Shown one piece after another: positions 61,055-63,966 of a stretch of 63,966 nt of DNA. The DNA lies in NCBI RefSeq assembly GCF_004010195.1, contig NC_057718.1, forward strand, positions 54,717,864-54,781,829, read 5' to 3'. Both the position numbers and the translations under genes were made by a program. This DNA comes from Chiloscyllium plagiosum (taxonomy: Eukaryota). How positions within the stretch are numbered: the first letter of the stretch is position 1; each line of letters starts with the position of its first letter. The notes under the pieces are model-generated. The model saw nothing but the letters and a program-made list of their open reading frames with translations, did not search any database and was not told the origin of the DNA.

Positions 61055-62130
61055 CATTCTAAAGAATTTCACAGAGGCGTTATAAAAGTTAGACAAGGAC
61101 AATTAGGTCATGTGATTTTAATGCACATCTTAAAGAAGAGCAACAAGGTACAAAGGAAGAGCGGCAAAAGTAGGGTGTTCCTTGCTTTGAGGTCTAAGGT
61201 TGATAGCACATCCATGGAATTTGGAGTGATTAATATCAAAGATACTCAATGAGCCAGGTTTAAAGAAGCACATACATATAATAAGGTTTTGGGGCTGGGA
61301 CTGGAGGCAATTACAGAAATCTCAGAGGTGCTGAAAATAAGCACAAGGAAGATGAAGGTATTACTGGACCAGGAGTCAAAGTAGGGTCAAGTTACCACAT
61401 GGGTGATAGACAGGATTTAAATTAAGGTAGCATAAAGGCGATAGAACTTTGGCTGGATCAAGTTCATGCAGAACCTAAGATCGGAGGCCACCAGGATAGT
61501 ATTTGAATAGTTCAGTTTGGCAGGAACAATGGCAAAGATGTGGGCTTGTGCACTATATAGACTGAAGGAAAGTGAGAGAGGGCGATGTTACGGAGGTAGA
61601 AGAAAGCAGTCCGAGTAATGGAAGAGCATGAAGTTGGGTTCAGAGTCAAATTAATAATTAAGATTGCGAACAATCCAATTCACTCAGATAGTTGACAGAA
61701 AGAGACAGATTATGAGACAGAGTTAATGTAAAAGCTTTGATTTTGCCCAGTATTTCACTGGTCAAATAAGAGGCAAAAAGTGAGGCCATGTATGATACAT
61801 GTGCAATCTGGCATTGCATTTTCAGATGCTGTCACTAAAGGCTGCATGCACATTAAAAATAGGAGATGGAAGATTAGATCCTTGGGGAACTTAAAAGCAA
61901 ACCATGCAAGAGCAGGAAAAGCAGCCATAACAACAGATTCGCTGGCTACAATTGGATACATGAGAGTGGAATTAGGTAAGATTGTTTTGAACTAGAAAAT
62001 AACTGAGGTATTGTCTAAGACTGCAGGTAGATCAAGGAGTGATGCTCACAATCATACAGGATATCATTTGTCATTTTGATCAGTACCATTCCTGTGGGAG
62101 AGACAAAAACCTGATTAGAAGAGCTGTGGG
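61055..62130 (-). mobile_element. Ancient L2-like LINE remnant
   Basis: Purine-rich decayed sequence similar to ~9870-10250 and ~27570-27800; identification is by general resemblance only. Confidence 0.45.
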
Positions 62131-62776
62131 AATAATCCCAGAATTAAAATCCTGTGCCCATCAGATATGATTGAACATGCTGGGGCTTTTTTCTGTCAAT
62201 AGGAAGATCCAAGTGCTGACCTGTTCAAGGCCTTTATCATTATGAAAGAGGTTATGGGAAAGACACAGAAGATGCTTCCACTTGTGGGCAAGAACAGCTT
62301 GAGGAGCCATCAATACAACACAGTCACTAAAAAATCCAGTTAGAATTCAAGAATAACTTCTTTGCTGACAGAATGGAATGCTGGACTCCACAGGAATGAT
62401 TGAGATGCATTTACAAGCTAAACAGATTAGATACATTTACAAACAGATTAGATGCATTTACAAGCTAAATAACCATACAAGGGAGAATAGAATACAAGAG
62501 TAAGATGATGGAAGAAAGCTAATGTGGAGTATAAACAGCAACACAAGCCTTTGGGCCAAATTACCTGTGTTTTTTCACTGTAAACAGTGATAGTAGGCAT
62601 TTAGGAGACAATAACATGAATCAATCATGTATTTCTCTACACTATTTCTAAAACAAAATCTTTGCTCATTGATGGCTTGTGCTTGACATGCACAATAATT
62701 CACGTTAAGTTTATTCCAAGTTAGCACTGGTCTCTGAATATTAGTTTCAGACCTACTCATTAACAAAACCTGAACT

Positions 62777-62883
62777 CTACTCATGGGATGGGAAGTGGCT
62801 ATCAACAGCATATGTACTATAATCAGTTCATTTTCCATGACCTATGTTCCAATCCTGGATTTCTGTTTTTTTGTTTCTTGTTT

Positions 62884-62940
<57 letters not shown>

Positions 62941-63077
62941 TTATATATAAACACACACACACACACACGTAAACAAAAAACAAAAAAACAGAAATCCAAG
63001 ATTGGAAAATAGGTCATGGAAAATGAACTGATTATAGTATATATGCTATTAATAGCCACTTCCCATCCCATGACTAG
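62777..63077. repeat. ~300-bp foldback / inverted repeat with (TG)n and (CA)n near the centre
   Basis: 62781-62885 versus the reverse complement of 62969-63073 differ at 6 positions; centre palindrome ttatatataa at 62941-62950. Confidence 0.95.
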
Positions 63078-63696
63078 GAAATGCCTGAAATGTTTCACAC
63101 TGTCTCTTTCCAAGTCACATGCGACCATATTTTCTAAGAAGCACGTGGTCATGGTAACATATACTAGAAGCAGGCAAGATTATGCCAGATTTTTCCTCAA
63201 CACTCATTACCACATGTTCATTTCTGAGCTTCTCTGCTTTAAAAGAAAACAAATTACTGCAATAGAGAAATTTTCAAGCATCATGTTTTACCATTCTCTA
63301 TCTGGGCCATTAAGTTTCAAATGTTGCTCCAAATTCCTTAAAGGTGTTTAACTGTAGAAGTTCCCACAGAAAAATGAGAAAAAGCCTTTTTAAATTATTT
63401 CTACATAAACTGTATGTACATTACTACAGTCATCACCTCACCCTTCAAAACTACTCCCCAGACAAACTGTCCTGTATCATTGTAAAATTATGGAATGAAT
63501 GTCAGTTCTTGTCAATTCATTCTTTGTCACTCCTTTTGTAGGGCTGTTGGCATCATCTCATTTCTTCCCGTGTTTTCTTCAAACCTCCCTCAGTCCAGAT
63601 TTCAACGTTAAATCACAACTGATTTTCATTTTTGCTTTTGTTTTAATCCTCAAATTCTTCTTCAATTGCAGCCAGGTAAGAGTATGGTTCATTACC

Positions 63697-63966
63697 TGGA
63701 TTACACCTCTTCCCACCCTACCCCTTGCAAAAATGCCATCCCGTATTCCCAAGTCCTCCGCCTCATCTGCTCCCAGGAGGACCAGTTCCACCACAGAACC
63801 CACCAGATGGCCTCCTTCTTTAGAGACCGCATATTTCCTTCCCACGTGGTTAAAGATGCCCTCCAACGCATCTCGTCCACATCCCGCACCTCCGCCCTCA
63901 GACCCCACCCCTCCAACCGTAACAAGGACAGAACGCCCCTGGTGCTCACCTTCCACCCTACCAACC
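63697..63966 (+). mobile_element. Penelope-like element fragment running off the window end
   Basis: DYTSSHPTPCKNAIPYSQ...RTPLVLTFHPTN; PLVLT(F/Y)HPTN is shared with the element at 13313-14469. Confidence 0.8.

Noticed and set aside
62403..62470. Short tandem duplications (also ~9906-9931, ~15429-15457, ~55389-55440)
   Set aside because: Ordinary slippage duplications with no repeat-spacer organisation; not CRISPR-like, and this is vertebrate DNA.
62575..63351. Two divergent ORFs both starting MENELII (62575..62838 minus, 63016..63351 plus), plus CVCV/THTH ORFs
   Set aside because: By-products of the inverted repeat and the (TG)n/(CA)n microsatellite.
60413..63966. Search for PSME4 exon 1 or a CpG-island promoter
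   Set aside because: No match to the PA200 N-terminus; the GC-rich end of the window is a Penelope fragment.

Overview
Vertebrate genomic DNA, almost certainly a shark: the repeats are elasmobranch-type (tRNA-derived V-SINE/HE1-like SINEs, CR1/L2 LINEs, Penelope-like elements), and bamboo/carpet shark is a guess. The whole window lies inside one minus-strand gene, PSME4 (proteasome activator PA200). I traced 12 consecutive coding exons (equivalent to human exons 2-13; 1416 nt, 472 codons) with GT-AG boundaries and consistent phases. Exon 1 and exons 14 onward fall outside the window. The introns are mostly transposon-derived: a near full-length L1-clade LINE (with an assembly gap), a near full-length CR1 LINE, a Penelope-like GIY-YIG element with inverted ends and minimal hammerhead ribozyme motifs, many short Penelope end fragments, SINEs and TA-flanked MITEs. 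The most interesting observations are a 1514-bp TG...CA solo LTR with a 4-bp target duplication, the hammerhead-bearing Penelope family, a ~300-bp near-perfect foldback in intron 1, and two candidate frame-preserving microexons in non-repetitive intron sequence. Most ORFs in the supplied track are TE fragments or spurious. Family assignments come from motif recognition, not database searches.
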